This document shows, in pieces, positions 1 to 22,700 of a stretch of DNA of 64,000 bases. The position numbers were made by a program, and so were the translations under genes. The DNA is from the human T2T-CHM13v2.0 reference genome, Homo sapiens. Within the stretch, counting starts at the first letter, position 1, and each line of letters opens with the position of its first letter. The stretch is from assembly GCF_009914755.1 (NCBI RefSeq), contig NC_060927.1. One strand, 5' to 3'. Under the pieces are notes generated by a model. It did no database searches. It saw only the letters and a program-made list of their open reading frames with translations, and was not told where the DNA came from.

Positions 1-2080
1 TATTTTCCTGGATATGGTCTTGATACTTGTAGAGTTTTGTCTGTGGTAGGCATTGAAGAGTTAGTTATTTAAGGTAGTCTTTGAGTTAGTTATTTGTTGA
101 GCTTGTTTGTCTTTCTTAGGAAGGCCTTCCAGATATTCAGAGGGACTTGGATGTTGTGATTTAAGCTGTGTCTGCTTTAGGGGGGACCCCAAGTCTAGTT
201 AATGCTGTGGTTTTTTCAGACTTGTAGAGGGACCACCTTGATGGTCTTGGACAATATCTGGAAGAATTCTCTGTATTACCAGACAGAGACTCTTGTTCTC
301 TTCTCTTACTTTCTGCCAAACAAGCAGTCTCTCTCTCTGTTTTGAGTCACCTGAAGCTGGAGTTTGAGTGACACAAGCACCTCTGTGGTCACCACCACTA
401 GGACTGTGCTGGGTCAGACCTGAAGCCAGGTCTCACTGGGTCTCACCCAAGGCCTGTTGTAACCACTCCCGGGCTACCATATATGTCTGTTCAAGGCCCT
501 GGAGCTCTAGAATGAGCAGCTGGCAAAGCCAGTCAGGTCTGTGTCCTTCCCTTCAGGGTACTGAGTTTCCCCAGTTCCTGGGTGAGTTTAGAGGTGATAT
601 CTAGGAGCCAGGGACTAGAGTCAAAAACCTTAGAAGTCTACCTTATGTTCTCTTGTACCATAGCTGAGCTGGCACCAAAACCACAAGACACCATCCTTCC
701 CCTTCTTTCCTCCCCTTTCCGAAGGCAGAGGAGCCTCATCCTGTGGCTCCTGCCATCACAGGCCCACGGGGCCTACTGCCAGACTACCACCAATATTTTA
801 AGGCCAAGAGCTCTTCAGTCAGCTTGTGGTGACTCTTTCCTGGCCTGGGAATCACCTTCAGGGCAGTGGGCTCCTCCCTGGTCCAGGACAGGTCCAGAAA
901 TGCAGTCCAAGAGCCAAGTCCTGGAATCAGGGACCCAAGAGCCTGCTTTGTTCTGTACCCACCCATGACCACGCTGGTTCCTAAGGTGCAAGAGAAAGCC
1001 CTGTTTCCTTTTCCCCTCCACTTGTCTCAGGCAGAAGGCTTGCCCGGTAGCCAACACAGCTGGAAATGTGCTGAGTTTCCCCCGAAGCCAGCAAGTCTCA
1101 GATTCTCACCCAAGACCCTTGATGTAGTACCTGGGTATCACTCCTGGTTATTCAGGGCCCCAGGGGCTCTTTAGGTAGCAGATGATGAATTTTGCTAGGA
1201 TTTTGCCCTTCCCTTCAAGGCAGCAGGTTCCCTTCTGGGCCAGGGTATGTCTAGAAATGTCATCTGGGAGCTAGGGCCTGGAAAGGGGACCTCATGACCT
1301 CACGACTCTGAGCAGTGCCTTATCCTGCTGTGACTGAGCTGGTATCCAAGATGCCAGACAAAGTCTTCTTCACTGTTTCCTCTCCTCTCCTCACACAGAA
1401 GGAAGGGGTCTGTTGGAGCTGCAAGCTGTACAGCCTGGGGTTAAGGGAGAGGTGATGCCAGCACTTTCTTAGCTACCCTAGCTGTTATCTCATTAGATTG
1501 TGTGTTCCCTAATCCACTGGCTCAGGGCCTGGTTCACCACTGGGACTCACCTAGGAGTTACAGTCCTTGTGGCCTAAACTGCCTTTTAAATTTATTTAGA
1601 GCCCCAGAGCCTTTAGCCTGAGGTGGTGAGACTTTCAGGAACTCAAGTTCCAATCACTGAGATCAGCTATTCTCCTCTGCCTAGGGCTGGTTTAAATGCT
1701 TTCTTCATGGGCACACATCAGCCAAATTTATTCTGGTTTTTATTTCTGCTCTAATGGAACAGCTTTGAGTTCAGTGCCTCCCAATTTCCGCGCTGTTTCT
1801 CCCCCAGCATACAGAATTGTTTTCTGCACTATGCAGTAGCTGCTATGGGTTGGGGGAAGGGTGATGTCTGTGATTCAAAACTGTTTTTTCTACTTCTTCA
1901 TTTTCTCTTTCAGTAATGTAAAGTTAAAATCGGATGCTGTAAGTACTTGCCTGAGTTTTGGTTTTCATGAAGGTGTTTTTTTTTTTTTCTTTTCTTTTGT
2001 TTTTTTTTTTTTTGTTAAATTGTTGTACTCTTAGTGGGGTGATCAGTGGAGCTTTCTATTTCAGCATCTTGCTCCATCTT
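1..2080 (-). mobile_element. Old L1 5' region (L1M1/L1MA1-2-like 5'UTR)
   Basis: Resembles the remembered L1M1-type 5' sequence and ends in gcatcttgct (reverse complement of the L1 5' caagatg motif). Colinear with 40160-41990. Confidence 0.7.
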
Positions 2081-2153
2081 TTTCTCCTGTCATTGGTATT
2101 TTGATAGGAATTGCATTAAATGTATAGATTGCTTTGGGAAGTATAGATATTTT

Positions 2154-2465
2154 GCTGAATGTGATAGGTCACACCTGTAATCTCAGCACTTTGGGAGGCT
2201 GAGGTGGGAGGGTCACTAGAGCCCAGAAGTTCGAGACCAGCCTAAGCAAGATGGCAAGACCGTATGTCTGCAAAAAATTAAAAGAAAAAATTAGCTGGGC
2301 ATGGTGGGTGTATTTGTAGTCCCAGCTACCTGGGAGGCTGAAGCAGGAGGATCCCTTGAGCCTAGGAGTTTAAGGCTGCAGTGAGCTAATTGTTCTACTG
2401 CACTCCAGCCTGGTGATGAAATGGGACCCTGTATCTTAGAAATAAATAAAGAAAAAAAAAAAAAA
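2154..2465 (+). mobile_element. AluJ-like SINE
   Basis: Dimeric Alu with A tail and ggaggatcccttgagcc (J-type). TSD aagtatagatatttt/aagtataggcatttt at 2139-2153 and 2464-2478. Confidence 0.9.
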
Positions 2466-2804
2466 GTATAGGCATTTTAACAATATTAATTATTCCAATC
2501 CATGAATCTGGCATACCTTTCCATTTATTTTGTGTCCTTTTCAGTTTCTTTCATTAGTGTTTTGTAGTTTTTCTTGTAGAGATATTCCACTTATTTGGTT
2601 AAATTTATTCCTAAGTATTTTATTTTATTTTTGGTAGCTATTGTAAATCAGATTGCCTTTTTGATTTTTCACTGGTAGTATATGTAAATGCTACTGATTT
2701 TTGTATGTTGAGGTTGTATGCTGCAACTTTACTGAATACGTTTTTCAGTTCTAAGCTTTTTTGTGGTGGAGTCTTTAGGTTTCTCTAAATGTAAGATCAT
2801 TGTG

Positions 2805-3154
2805 GCCATAAAAAAGAATGAGTTCATGGGCTTTGCAGGCACAGGGATGAAGCTGGAAGCCATCATTCTTAGCAAACTAACACAGAAACAGAAAACCAAA
2901 CACCACACGTTCTCACTCATAAGTGGGAGTTGAACAATGAGAACACATGGACACAGGGAGGGGAACGTCACACACCGGAGTTGTGGGGGAGGGGTGGGAG
3001 AGCATTAAGACAAATACCTAAAGCATGCGGGGCTTCAAACCTAGATGACGAGTTGATAGGTGCAGCAAACCACCATGGCACATGTATGCCTATGTAACAA
3101 ACCTGCACGTTCTGCACATGTATCCCAGAACTTAAAGTAAAATTAAAAAAAAAA
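2805..3154 (+). mobile_element. 5'-truncated L1PA 3' end
   Basis: ORF2 C-terminus and 3'UTR ending gaacttaaagtaaaattaaaaaa. Confidence 0.85.
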
Positions 3155-3839
3155 TTATGTTGTCTGCAAACAAGGATAATTTGGCTTTTAAAATTCCAGT
3201 TTGGGTACCCTTTCACTTGTTTCTCTTGCCTGTTTGTGCTGGCTAAGACTTGTAGTACTATGTTAAATAAAAGTGGTGGAAGTCTTATCTTTGTCTTGTT
3301 TGAGATCTCTTTGGAAAGACTTTCAATTTTTCCCTGTTCCTTCAGTATGATATTAGCTATGGGTTTGTTATATGTGGCCATTATTGTGTTCAGGTAAATT
3401 CCTTCCATACCCAGTTTGTTTAGAGGTTTTATCATGAAGGAATTTTGAACTTTATCAAATGCTTTTTCAGCACCCATTGAAATGATGATATGGGTTTTGT
3501 CTCTGATTTTGTTGATGTGATATATCATGTTTATTGATTTTCACATGTTCAACCATCCTTGATTCCCTGGGATGAATCCCACTTGATCACGATGAATGAT
3601 GTTTTTGATATGTTGTTGAATTTGAGTATTTAATATTTTGTAGAAGATTTTTGCATTTATATTCATCAGGATTATCGGCCTATAGTTTTCTTGTTTGTTG
3701 TGTCCCTGTCTGATTTTGGTATCAGAGCAGTGCTTGCCTCATAGAATGAAGTTGCAATCATCTCTTCCTCTTTAATTTTTGAATTAAAAAAAAAAAAAAC
3801 AACTGTTGTGTTTTGAGAGTCTTCGCCTGTTCGCTGTTG

Positions 3840-11199
<7,360 letters not shown>

Positions 11200-11399
11200 G
11201 GCCATTTTGCTAGATATCTGTGAATGGCAAATAATCACGCACAAGGAGAAGTTTTTTCTTTATAAAAAAAAATGTTTGCTTCAACCATCAAACCTAATTA
11301 AGAAAATTCAAGAGAAAAATGAATGTCTATTATATTTACCCATGGGTTTGCTTACATTTTTTGTTTTTTCTTAGTGTAGTTCCATGGTTTTTTGTTTTA

Positions 11400-12650
11400 T
11401 CATTTTCTTTCTGCTTAGAGAATTTTCATTCACTACTTTTTTTTAGGGTATTTCTGTTGATGACAAATTCTTTTTGTTTTCCTTCATCTGAAAATGTTTT
11501 GATTTGTCTTCCATTCCTGAAATGTATTTTTGGTAGATATAATATTCTAGATTGACAGTGCTTTTCTTTCAGCATTTGACAAATGTGCCACTTCCTTCTG
11601 TCTTCTATATTTTCATTGAAAATTATAGAAATTTGTATTTTAAATATTTTATACTTATTTTTCAAAAATCTAGAATGTAAAATACACATAACGTTTACCA
11701 TGAGTGACATTTAGTACATGCATAATGTTTTACAAACATCACCATTATTATGTTCCAAAATGTTTTCATTTCCACAAACAGAAACTTCCAAGCCCATTAA
11801 GTGGCCATACTTTTTCATCCTCCTGCTGCTGACAACCATATGACTTCTTTCTGTCTCTGTGTATTTGCCTATTCTGAATATTTCATGTAAATGAAATTAT
11901 ATAATAGGTGTCTTTTGCATCTGCCTTCTTTCATTCAGCATAATGTTTTCTGAGTTCATTCATGTACGTTCCTTTTTATGGCTGAATAAGATTTCACTGC
12001 AAGTATATACCATTCTTTTTTTTTTTTTTTTAATTTTTGATATGGAGTCTCGCTCTTTCAGGCTGGAGTGCAGTGGCGCCATCTCGCCTCACTACAAACT
12101 CTGCCTCCTGGGTTCAAGCGATTCTCCTGTCTCAGCCTCCTGATTAGCTAGGATTATAGGCATCCACCACCACGGCCAGCTAATTTTTGTAGTTTTAGTA
12201 GAGACAGGATTTCGCCATGTTGGCAAAGCTGGTCTTGAACTCCTGACCTCAGGTGATTTGCCCGCCTTGGCCTCTCAAAGTGCTGAGATTACAGGCATGA
12301 GCCACCATGCCTGGCTGGATATATACCATTCAATAATATGAACAGCTCATTTATTTATCAGTTGATAGACATCTGGGTTGTAAACAGCTTTTGGCTATTG
12401 TAACTGGTGCTGCTGTCTTTTATGGTTTTGATGAAAAATCTGCTGATAATTCAGATAGGTTTTTTTCACTATAGGTAAGGTGTTGTTTCTCTCTTGTCAA
12501 TTTTTTTCTTTGCCCATGGTATTCCAAAGTGACTATGTTGTAACTTGTGTATTTCCTTGGTTTTCTTCCTGCTTGGGATTCATTCAGCTTCTTGAATGTG
12601 TACGTTTATGTCTTTTTCCAAATTTGGAAAGTTTTGTGTCATTTTTAAAA
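11400..12650 (-). mobile_element. Ancient L1ME/L1MB fragments
   Basis: Decayed ORF1-like EKHCQSRILYLPKIHFRNGRQIKTFSD on the minus strand, plus an L1MB-type 3'UTR at about 11650-12420. Confidence 0.6.
12016..12316 (-). mobile_element. AluS SINE
   Basis: Poly-T followed by a full Alu. TSD tatataccattc at 12004-12015 and 12320-12331. Confidence 0.92.
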
Positions 12651-12659
12651 TTTTACATT

Positions 12660-13480
12660 TCAAATTAGACTTTTTTTTTTAAAGAGTTTTAGGTTTCCAA
12701 AAACATTGTGCAGAAAGTACAGGGTTTTCCTCCCCGCCCCCCACAGTTTTCCTATTATTAATATCCTGCATTAGTGTGGAACATTTGTTATAATGGATGA
12801 ACCAGTATTGATACACTATTAATATTATTTGTTATTGACATTAGGGTTTACTCTTTGTGTTGTACCATCCTAAGGGTTTTACCAAATGCACAATGTCATG
12901 TAGCTATCATTACGGTACCATACAGAATAGTTTCACTGTCCTAACAATGTCCTTGTGTGCCACCTGTTCATCCTTTCCCACTTCCCCTAGGAACCTTGGC
13001 AACAACTGTGTTTTTTACTGTCTCTATGGTTTTGCTTTTTCTAGAATATCATATAGGTGGAGTCATACAGTATGTGGCCTTTCAGATTGATTTCTTTCAC
13101 TTAGCAATATGCAGTTAATGTTTTCCCCATGTTTTTGTGGCTTTGTAGCTCATTTCTTTTTATTGCTGAATCATATTTCATTGTATGGATGTGCTACAGT
13201 TTGCTTATCCATTCACCTGTTGAAGGACATCGTAGTTTCTTCCAAGTCTTGGCATTTATGAAGAAAAATGGTATAAGCTTTTGTATGCAGTTTTTTTTTT
13301 TTTTTGTATGGGCATCATCTTTTCAACTCATTTGGGTAAATACCTAGGTGTGTAATTGCTGGATCATATGGTAAGGCTATGTTTAGTTTTGTATGAAACT
13401 GCCAGTGTCTTTTAAAGTGACTATACCATTTTGCATTCGTACCAGCAATGAATGAGGTTGAGTCACATCCTCACTAGTAT
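12660..13480 (-). mobile_element. L1MC1/2-like 3' end
   Basis: Matches the remembered L1MC 3'UTR (cagaaagtacag...cctattattaat...cattagtgtgg...catttgtta). Confidence 0.7.
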
Positions 13481-14107
13481 GCCATTATTTCTTCATGTAC
13501 TTTTTCAGTCCAACTGTCCCATTGGGCAGTTCTGATACCACCAGAGAAGGCTGACGGAGGGAGTCCTATTAATGCTGGTTAGGGGTGGAAGTCCAGATAA
13601 TCCAGGCAATCTCCACTGCCACTGTGTGGTGGGAGCTTGTTATTACCTACTGGAGTAGAAGGTTTTGGGGTCCCTAAACAGTCAGCCACCTCTTACGTTA
13701 CCCCAATGTGGGTTTGAGTGCTTCGTTACTGCCTGATGGTGGTGAAAGTCTAGTATCTCCAATTGACCTTACTCGTGTGGGTGGGGATTAGGTCACAGTT
13801 TTTTGGTGTGGGGGGCAGAGGGGGTTGCTGTTTGACAGCAGGGTAGTGGTTATTGTTTAAAAGTTTTCTGTCTTAATAGGATGACCTTTTCCTGGTTCTT
13901 TGGCTAGAGAGAGCAAGTTTTTGTTGGAGTTTCTTTCTGTCTGTTCCTGTTGGTATTTCCAGGTTTCCAGCTTCTTCACTTTAAAATAGCCTGATACATA
14001 TGGCAAAAAGATAAACTAGGGAATTCACCACTATGTTATTTTGTGTCTCCCACATTCCCTAGTTGGTCTGCCTTCTTCTTTCCGCCTTTCAGAATATTTT
14101 TTATTTT

Positions 14108-14109
<2 letters not shown>

Positions 14110-14161
<52 letters not shown>
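14110..14161. repeat. (TA)n microsatellite, about 26 units
   Basis: Seen directly. Confidence 0.97.
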
Positions 14162-14164
<3 letters not shown>

Positions 14165-14360
14165 CCAGAGTTTTTAGGTATGCACTAGGTGTTATTTGGA
14201 GAAATACTGAAAAGTATGTTTATTTCATCTTTCCAGAAGTGTATGCCAAGCATGTATATTTTAAAGATTTTTACTATCAATTGTTTTTTTAAAAACAGAT
14301 AAACGATAGTCATCATTTAGCTATGGTTACGTGCAGTTGCTTTTTAAATCCTTTTTTTAA

Positions 14361-16838
<2,478 letters not shown>

Positions 16839-17018
16839 TTAAATCCTTTTTTTAAGTCTCTATATTCTCCCATATTAGGATTTTACGTTACTATATGCTG
16901 TCTTTTATTATGAGCCAAAATACAAAACTCATTACTGTAGTCTAATTGCTTATAGCCTTCATTTGGGTGATTATTGGTGGTAGTGTGGGCCAAAGAGTAT
17001 AAAATATATTTAAGCCAT

Positions 17019-17020
<2 letters not shown>

Positions 17021-17068
<48 letters not shown>
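17021..17068. repeat. (GT)n microsatellite, about 24 units
   Basis: Seen directly; it occupies the tail position of the adjacent Alu. Confidence 0.97.
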
Positions 17069-17070
<2 letters not shown>

Positions 17071-17336
17071 AAGACAGGTTCTTGCTCTGTCATATAGGCT
17101 GGAGTATAGTGGTGCTATCATAGCTCACTGTAGCCCCAAACTTCTGGGCTCAAGTCATCCTCCCAAGTAGCTAGGACTACAGGTGTGCACCACCACACCT
17201 GGCTAACTTTCTAATTGTTTGTAGAGACAGGATCTTGCTATGTTGCCCAGACTAGTCATGGAGTCCTGGCCTCTAACAGTTCTCCCACTTTAGGCTCCTA
17301 AAGCACTGGGATTACAAGCATGAGCCGCCAAACCTG
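17069..17336 (-). mobile_element. AluJ-like SINE
   Basis: J-type tcatagctcactgtagcc and ctcaagtcatcc. TSD taagccat at 17011-17018 and 17337-17344. Confidence 0.88.
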
Positions 17337-17950
17337 TAAGCCATTCATGTTTTATTTAAAGAGCATTTTATACATCAGGAGATGGGGGCGAAACATTGAT
17401 TGGAAAACTGATGTGGTTTTTTTTTTTTTTTAAATACGCTACTTATTCTTTAGGAATTGAAATCAAATTATGGTAAACAACAAAGTAGAAACAGTTTTGG
17501 AAAGAGTAAAAGAAGACATATTTTAGAAGTTCTCGAATTGATTCACTCCTGTGAATATTAATGTTAGCTAGAGTCTGAGAATTGTTTTTCTAGCTCAGAG
17601 CTAGATAATCTGTAAGTTGTTGGTTAGATGATGATATTAGTTTTGGAGATACATGACAAGTTCTGTACATAATACTGTTTCTGGAGAGTGAATTGATGGA
17701 CCATCTCTAATCTACAACTCTTTTAAAATTAAAATTTAAAGTTTTATTTTTGCAGTGCTAAAGATCACAGTTGTCTCCTGAGGATAGATTTTGATTGCAT
17801 ATGGCCGTGAAATTCCTACCTAATATACTTTGTACAGCTCTGCATACTTAATATGCAAAGTGGTTGCTGTAGCAGGAGATCTACTATGTTTCTGTGCTGA
17901 AATCTGATTGCTATTTTTGTATATATGAAATGTTAATCACAATTTTATTT

Positions 17951-17981
17951 TTTCTAACAGGAAATATTTTCTCTTTTACAG
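17951..17981 (+). promoter_or_regulatory. Branch point, polypyrimidine tract and 3' splice site of the DOCK3 56-bp exon
   Basis: ctAAc branch consensus at 17954-17958, followed by a pyrimidine tract and cag at 17979-17981. Confidence 0.7.
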
Positions 17982-18037
17982 GGGATCTTTCCTGCAAATT
18001 ACATTCACTTGAAAAAGGCAATTGTCAGTAATAGGGG
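17982..18037 (+). CDS. DOCK3: DOCK3 internal coding exon (56 bp, likely exon 4; C-terminal part of SH3 domain)
   Basis: Acceptor ctcttttacag|GGG and donor GG|gtgagt. Translates GIFPANYIHLKKAIVSNR(G), with the SH3 GxFPxNY motif, and matches the remembered DOCK3 N-terminus. Ends in phase 2, compatible with the exon at 61957. Confidence 0.95.
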
Positions 18038-20239
18038 GTGAGTAATTGGCCTTACTAAATTTATTTACAATTTTTATAGGCTACAGAGGAAGATTGTTTT
18101 TCCTTTTGGTTCATAGTATAAAATATACAATTGATATGTTTTCCTGGCAAAAATGTACATGCTTTATCATGTAATTTTGAGGGAATAATGTTTTCTTAAA
18201 ATACAGACTTTAATCTGTTTTCTTGTATACGGAAGAAATGATGTTAGCTGTGAATTTTATAAAATCAGTTAGGCATGCAGTATGTTTTAAAAAATTATGT
18301 ACTATTTTGAGCATAGTCATTCATAGAGTAGGAGTTAAAGATAAATATGTCATTTTGTTTTTACAAAGTGAAAGAGACTTTTAAAATTTTTTATTTGCAA
18401 GTTGAAATTGAAAAAGTTTAAAGGTATACCTTAACCATAAGAAGACAATATACAAAATGGTTTGATCACAAATTTTAAAAACAAAGCAATCTGCCTAAAA
18501 AGAGACAAGAAATAAATATATCAAAATGTTAACACTTGTTTTTGCATGTTGGGAATATGAATGAGTTTTTAAAAAATTCTTTGTCATGTTTAATAATAAG
18601 TATTATAGTTTCGATTTTATTTTTCAAAATTTATTATTTTAAAACATAAAATTTAGGTACTGTATAATTTGTAACCAAGGTAGCTTCCTAAAGTAGAAAT
18701 ACTATTCTTGACTGCAGGGTGAGTAAGCATCAGAGTAACCTTCTGGTCAGTTATGGTTCATTCAGGAAAATAGAAACATGAGCCACTTTATGAGGTAGAA
18801 TTTAATGTGGGAAATTATTTACACACGTTTGAAGAGTGAAAGAACAAAAGAGGAAATACTGATGTAACCCATAGATTTTAACTGCATAAAGTGGCCTACA
18901 CGTTAATAATGGTGGAGATACCGAAACCCAGGAACTCAGAAATTAGATCTTGAGATATTGGAGCTCAGAAATTTGAGGAGGGAATATCAAATAGCTACTG
19001 TTGGTATGTATAAAGAAGGTGGTAATGAGGCTGTTTTGGGGAATGCCAAAAGCAACTGGAGGCTGGAACCTATTTTCACTGTGAAAGAAATTGTTTACAG
19101 GAACAGCAGGAAACACACCTCTTCACCTTCTTTTCCCCAGTATCTTTCTAATGCTTCCAGCTGGCAAAGGAGACTGCAAAACACAGCTTGTGGATTGCAG
19201 CCTCATGATTAGTCCTTAGAAGAATAGATTTGGAGATGATAGTTATTATTAATTGTCTTGTATGCCTTCCAATATAAAATTTGTGTTGGGGAAATAGTAA
19301 GAATATAACTTAGAAGATTCTGATATGAATCCACAACTAGCATACTTCTTATTCTTCCCCTTCTCCTTTTACAAAACATGTAAAGCCATAAGGACATAAA
19401 AAAGAAAAACAACTTATACATCTCATGTTTATGAACCTTTGCAACAAATAATCTGCCATCTCAAGTTTATAAGTAAGGACTATCAAAAGTATCAAGCCTG
19501 GATAGAAGTGTGGGAAAAGGAAAAGAGAGTATTTCGACTTGGGATTAGCAAAGTATATATTTTGGAAAGTGCTAAAAACATTTTCTGAATGTGAATGGCT
19601 TATTATAAAATTCAGAAGTAATATCCTTTATTTATCAGTAATGAGGCTGATCAGAGCTGAAAGTGGGCAGAAGCTGTGAGGGACCAAGGTGAGAAAAGGA
19701 GATATAGATGAAATCTAGGGATGCAGAAATAGAGTGCCTTAGAAAATACTAGCAAAGTCATACACTTTCTGATGATGAGGAACTTATCCTAAGTTTATGA
19801 GTCATATGTCCCATTTATAATAGTTATAAAGGACATTGGGGAGCACTTTGCTAGCAGAAGAATCCCTACCTGGATTCAGTTTGCCTCAGGAAAGTAGAAG
19901 TGATGTGGCTGTACATAAAATTACACACAGAGCAGCCATATTTGCTGGAAGTGGGATATAAATCTTAGAAAGCTATTTGGAATTGACCTCCATATCCAAA
20001 TGTCCAATAAGTTGATGGTCCACAATAAGAATTCTAAAATCTGGAGAAAATATTAAAAAACAATTGTCTGCAGGCACTGGAGAACAATTGGTTGGGCAAG
20101 ATCTTGAGAGGCTATGATCTTTGAAGGAAGGGATGCACACAAGGAGAGCTTCATGTTTACTTTGGCCTTTTTCTCCAGATAATTTTTCATTTACTGTGTT
20201 GTAGTGGAATAGAGCCCAACCAGAAAATAGTAGTCTTTC

Positions 20240-22700
20240 ATGACATCAGCAATTTGGCAGAATAAGAAGTTTCAGCTCTCATCCCCCTACAGAAACACAG
20301 ATTTAACAATGGTATACCAAGAAAAATACCTTTATAAGAGGTCCAGTATCCAGTGAAGAAGTCGCAGTACTCCAGAGGAGCACAAAACAGAGTAGACACG
20401 TTGAAATGGCTAAGAAGAGCAATTTCACTCTTACCTTTGTCAGTCCCTTCTCCCAGCTGGTTAAGAGAGAATTTGTCCCAGATTGTGACTCTTCCAGTGG
20501 GGCAAAGAAAAAGAGGACTGTACATCAAACATCTCTAGCATTTGTGGGTGCTGCTTGAATGACCTCTTTCTATCCCACCTCACCCAGAGTGCTGGAGTAG
20601 CCAGCATAATTTAAACATGCAGGGGAAGCTAAGAACAAAGAAAAGGAGTGAGAGGCTCACTGCAGCTAGCTTGCCTCTGCAAGATCGGGAAAAGTGCACA
20701 ACCCTAAGATTTCTGCAGGAGGGAGGGTGAGGAGTGGGAGCAATATCCCATCATTTCAATGCATCACTCTAGAAAAAAGTGGAGGGCAGGCAACTGTGGC
20801 CAGTAGAGCTCTGGAGGGTTGGGAGAAGATGCATATCTGTGAGTCTTCTCCCTCAGAAGGGAAAGGAAGAATGAAGCATACATCCTGGAATTTTAGAGTA
20901 CTGCCACAGGGAAAAGAGATGGGCAGCTTACTGTGGCCATCATTTCTTTGAGAGATTGGGAGAAGGCACAGAACCCTGAGACTCTCAGGCTGGATGGAGG
21001 AATGAAGTGCGTACATTCATAGAAAAGGTTTGACAGGTTCCCAGAATCTGAGTTGGGCTGATTGGTGAGGGTCTTTGTCTATTGAAGTCAGTCCATAAAG
21101 ACCGGGAGAAGTGGTTGTTTCTTCAAATGTGCAGGCCCCAAAGCAAAGCTGCAAGGAAGATGAAGGATCGGGAATACATGACACAATCAAAGGAACAAAA
21201 TAAATATTCAATAACAGACCCTAAAGAAAAGGAGTTCTATGAATTGCCCTCAAGACAACTCAAAATAATAGTCTTAAAGATTACTTAACTAAATGAGTTA
21301 CAAGAGAATACAGGCAACTAAATTAAATGAGGAAAATGAAAAGTGAAAATAATGAGAATACCAACAAAGAGATAGAAACCATAAGAAAGCAAAGAATCAA
21401 ACATAAATTCTGGAGCTGAAGAATACAATAAGTAATATGAAAATTGTATGGAGAACTTCAACAGCATTCTTGATCAAATAGAGGAGCGAGTCAACTTGAA
21501 GATAGGTCATTTGAAATGATCCATTCAGAGAATCAGAAAGGAAAAAGAGGGAAGAAATCCTAAGAAACTAATGGGACACCATCAAGCAAACCAATATGCT
21601 CAATATGGAATTATCACACGTGGGGCAGGAGAGAGAGGAAGAGGGAGAGCAAGGAAAAGAAAGGAGCAGGAAACTTATTTAAAGAAACAATGGCTGAAAA
21701 CTTCCCAAATCTGGGGAGGGAAATGAACATTGATCCTTGAAGTCCAAACAACCCCTTTAAGATGTTCATGTCCTTTGTAGGGACATGGATGAAGCTGGAA
21801 GCCATCATTCTCAGCACAGTATCACAAGGACAAAAAACCAAACACCGTGTGTTCTCATTCATAGGTGGGAACTGAATAATGAGAACATTGGGACACAGGA
21901 AGGGGAACATCACACACCGGGGCCTGTCGTTAGGTGAGGGGAGGGGGGAGGGGGGAGGGATAGCATTAGGAGATACACCTAATGTAAATGACGAGTTAAT
22001 GGGTGCAGCACACCAACATGGCACTTGTATACCTATGTAACAAACCGGCACGTTGTGCACATGTACCCTAGAACTTAAAGTATAATTAAAAAAACAGGAA
22101 TCCAAAGAAATCCATGCTGAGATGCATTGTGGTCAAATTGTCAAAAGTCAAAGAGAATTTTGAAAGCAGCAAGATGAAAAGGACTTGTCTTATATAAGAG
22201 AGCCTCCATAAATCTGCTATCAGCAGATTTCTCCGCCAAAACCTTGTAGGCCAGAAGGGAGCAGGATGATATATTTAAAATACTGAAGGAAACAAAAAAA
22301 ACCCTGTCAACCAGTACCCAGCAAAACTGTCCTTCAGAAATGAAGTAGAGAGAAAGGCTTTCCCAGATAAACAAAAGCTGAGGGAGTTCATCACCAGTAG
22401 ATTTGCCTTATAAAAAATGCTGAAAGGAGTTCTTTAAGTTGAAACAAAATGATGCTATACAGCAACATGAAAGCATACAAAAGTATACAATTCACAGGCA
22501 AAGGCAAATATATACACATATACAGAATATTTGAATACTGTAAAGATAGTATATAAATAATTTTAGTATAAGAGTTAAAAGACAAGTATTAAGAATAACT
22601 ATAACTACAAAAACTTGTTAGTAGATGCACAATATAAAATATGTAAATTGTGTCATCAACAATAAAACATTTGTTGAGGGAATTAAAATTGTCAGGTTTT
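20240..22700 (+). mobile_element. Old L1M 5'UTR, ORF1 and inter-ORF region
   Basis: Decayed ORF1 (TDPKEKEFYELP...LKIIVLK; gaaaacttcccaaatctgggg; ctgtccttcagaaatgaag). Confidence 0.72.
21764..22094 (+). mobile_element. 5'-truncated L1PA 3' end inserted in old L1M ORF1
   Basis: gttcatgtcctttgtagggac...gaacttaaagtataattaaaaaaa. Confidence 0.88.

Larger units (their letters stand above)
2086..3780 (-). mobile_element. Old L1M ORF2 (RT) fragment interrupted by an Alu and an L1PA 3' end
   Basis: Minus-strand ORF 2968..3528 contains HIIISMGAEKAFDK, a decayed L1 RT motif. Confidence 0.8.

Noticed and set aside
18745-19210. Possible ancient LTR fragment or extra exon
   Set aside because: Too diverged to assign by eye, with no convincing splice-site pair or DOCK-like translation.
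21932-21960. Expanded G-tracts (possible G-quadruplex)
   Set aside because: A minor slippage variant of the normal L1 3'UTR polypurine tract.
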